Origin: Gemmata obscuriglobus
GTDB taxonomy: Bacteria; Planctomycetota; Planctomycetia; Gemmatales; Gemmataceae
DNA: 32,000 nt
Assembly: GCF_008065095.1 (NCBI RefSeq)
Contig: NZ_CP042911.1
Span: 7,620,001 to 7,652,000, forward strand
Direction of reading: 5' to 3'
The position numbers and the translations under genes were made by a program. Positions 30,369 through 32,000 of this stretch are shown here, piece by piece. Each line of letters starts with the position of its first letter. Positions within the stretch are counted from its first letter, which is position 1. Below the pieces are notes generated by a model, which was not told the DNA's origin, searched no databases, and saw nothing but the letters and a program-made list of their open reading frames with translations.

Positions 30369-31457
30369 GTGAGCGAGTTGGAACGCTGGATGCGGCACGC
30401 CCTGGCGCTGGCCGCCCGGGGCCGCGGGGCCGTCGAGCCGAACCCGATGGTCGGGGCGGTGGTGCTCGACCCGACCGGGAAGCCGGTCGGCGAGGGCTGG
30501 CACCAGAAGTTCGGCGGCCCGCACGCGGAGGTGTTCGCCCTTCAGGCCGCTGGGGCACGTGCCCGCGGCGGAACACTCCTCGTCACCCTTGAGCCGTGCT
30601 GCCACCACGGGAAAACGCCGCCCTGTACCGATGCGGTGCTGCGGGCCGGTGTGGCGCGCGTGGTCGCGGCGATGGCCGACCCCTTCCCGCGCGTCGCCGG
30701 GGGCGGGTTGGCGCTCCTCCGCGCCGCCGGGGTGGACGTTCAAGTCGGGTTGTGCGAAGCGGACGCGCGGGCGCTCAACGCGCCGTACCTGAAGTTGCTG
30801 AGCACCGGGCGCCCGTGGGTCCACGCAAAATGGGCCATGACGCTCGACGGCAAGCTCGCGGCCCGGACCGGCGACTCCAAATGGATCAGCGGTGCCGAGT
30901 CGCGCCGGCGCGTCCACGAGTTGCGCGGGCGGCTCGACGCGATCCTCGTGGGGCGCGGAACGGTCGTCGCGGACGACCCGCTCCTAACGGCCCGGCCCGC
31001 GGGCGTGCGCGTGCCCGCGCGGGTGGTGCTGACCGCGTCCGGAGAGCTACCGGCGGCGTGTCAGTTACGCGCCACCGCGCGCGAGGCGCCCGTCCTCGTG
31101 TACACCGCCAACCCCGGAAAGCTCGGCGGGTGGGCCGCCGACGGCGCGGAGGTCGTCGGCTTCGGTGAGCTGACCCTCGACGCCGTTCTCGCGGATCTGG
31201 GCCGGCGGCGCTTCACAAACGTGCTGCTGGAGGGCGGCGCGGGGCTATTGGGGGCGGCTCGTGATGCGGACGCGATCGACGAGTTTCACGTGTTTATCGC
31301 GCCAAAGGTGGTCGGCGGAAGTGCGGCGCTGACGCCCGTCGGCGGTACGGGCGCCGCGCGGATGGCGGAGGCGCTGACGCTCGAAGGGGTGACGTTCGAG
31401 CCGTCCGGCGCGGACGTGTACGTCCACGGGTTCGCGCCGGGTCGGGTCGTTGTGTAA
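30369..31457 (+). CDS. ribD: bifunctional riboflavin biosynthesis protein RibD (pyrimidine deaminase / uracil reductase)
   Basis: Track ORF 30198..31457. GTG at 30369 is preferred (VSELERWMRHALALAARG...); an alternative ATG is at 30390. NPMVGAVV, HAEVFAL and TLEPCCHHGKTPPC form the CMP/dCMP deaminase zinc site. The C-terminal part is an RibD_C reductase region. Confidence 0.9.
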   Translation: MSELERWMRHALALAARGRGAVEPNPMVGAVVLDPTGKPVGEGWHQKFGGPHAEVFALQAAGARARGGTLLVTLEPCCHHGKTPPCTDAVLRAGVARVVAAMADPFPRVAGGGLALLRAAGVDVQVGLCEADARALNAPYLKLLSTGRPWVHAKWAMTLDGKLAARTGDSKWISGAESRRRVHELRGRLDAILVGRGTVVADDPLLTARPAGVRVPARVVLTASGELPAACQLRATAREAPVLVYTANPGKLGGWAADGAEVVGFGELTLDAVLADLGRRRFTNVLLEGGAGLLGAARDADAIDEFHVFIAPKVVGGSAALTPVGGTGAARMAEALTLEGVTFEPSGADVYVHGFAPGRVVV

Positions 31458-31475
31458 CGTGCGGACGTTGCGCCC

Positions 31476-31495
31476 GGGCGGCGCTGCTGCCGCCC
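31476..31495. terminator. candidate bidirectional terminator hairpin between ribD and the kinase gene
   Basis: gggcggc gctgct gccgccc: a 7-bp GC stem with a 6-nt loop in the 41-nt convergent intergenic gap. Confidence 0.3.
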
Positions 31496-31498
31496 CAC

Positions 31499-32000
31499 TC
31501 ACTGCACGGCCTTGATGGTCATGGTGAACGTGCTGCCCTTTCCCGGCTCGCTGCGGACGGTGATCTGCCCGCCCATCGCGGCGCACAGCCGCTGACTAAT
31601 CGCCAGCCCCAGCCCGGTCCCGCCGAACTTGCGCCCGGCCGTCGAATCGACCTGGGTGAACGCCTGGAACAGCCGCCCCACCTGCTCCGGCGTCATCCCG
31701 ATACCGGTGTCGGACACCGCCACCTGGACCGAGTCCACCCCGGACACCGGCGCCCGCCGGGCGGTCACCTTCACCAGCCCGTCCCGCGTGAACTTGCACG
31801 CGTTGCCCACCAGGTTCAGCACGCACTGGCGGATGCGCGTCGGGTCGCCCATCGCGCGGCCCAGGTCCGGCGGGCAGTCCAGCTCGATCCGGTTGTTGTT
31901 TTTCTTCGCCAGCGGCTCCACCGACACCATCAGGTCGTGGATCAGGCTCGCGGGCGCGTACGGGTCGTTGGCGATCTCGAGCTTGCCCGCCTCGATCTTC
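31499..32000 (-). CDS. sensor histidine kinase, C-terminal HATPase_c part (gene continues beyond window end)
   Basis: Track ORF 31499..31930 plus open frame to 32000 (my translation KIEAGKLEIANDPYAPASLIHDLMVSVEPL...). N box LVGNACKFT, G1 box DTGIGM, G2 box GGTGLGLAI. Confidence 0.8.
   Translation of the reverse strand, partial: KIEAGKLEIANDPYAPASLIHDLMVSVEPLAKKNNNRIELDCPPDLGRAMGDPTRIRQCVLNLVGNACKFTRDGLVKVTARRAPVSGVDSVQVAVSDTGIGMTPEQVGRLFQAFTQVDSTAGRKFGGTGLGLAISQRLCAAMGGQITVRSEPGKGSTFTMTIKAVQ

Overview
High-GC (about 68-70%) bacterial chromosome segment. I infer a Planctomycetota (Gemmata-like) origin from the PVC-type CxxCH heme-binding protein and the TPR and WD40 proteins. The window has three blocks. 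(1) 1-15080 is the right-hand ~15 kb of an integrated prophage-like element. A tyrosine integrase abuts the 3' end of a tRNA-Met gene. Next to it is a low-GC regulatory module with divergent promoters. The rest is one long minus-strand early operon whose genes are linked by ATGA/GTGA start-stop overlaps: two excisionase-like HTH proteins, small ORFs, an embedded initiator-like tRNA, a Sak4/AAA_24-like ATPase, a YqaJ exonuclease, a protein with an SSB-like acidic tail, a Prim-Pol/DUF3987 primase, an HExxH metallopeptidase, Zn-ribbon ORFs, a ParB-like protein and a Dam-like methyltransferase that runs off the window. (2) 15.2-27.2 kb holds host genes: TPR protein, PVC-type heme-binding protein, yggS, HIT, RNase HII-like, two WD40 proteins, MATE efflux and ArsR. 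(3) 27.5-29.9 kb is a dense one-strand array of 20 CCA-less tRNA genes plus one remnant, followed by ribD and a partial histidine kinase. The array is the most unusual part. By manual folding about a third of its members are non-canonical. Two have Leu anticodons but no long variable arm. One Trp-like CCA tRNA has a long variable region and a possible 8/4 fold. Three have D-arm regions truncated to 15 nt. Some have acceptor-stem bulges. All coordinates and folds were done by eye and need software confirmation. Many long track ORFs are high-GC off-frame artefacts and were not called.
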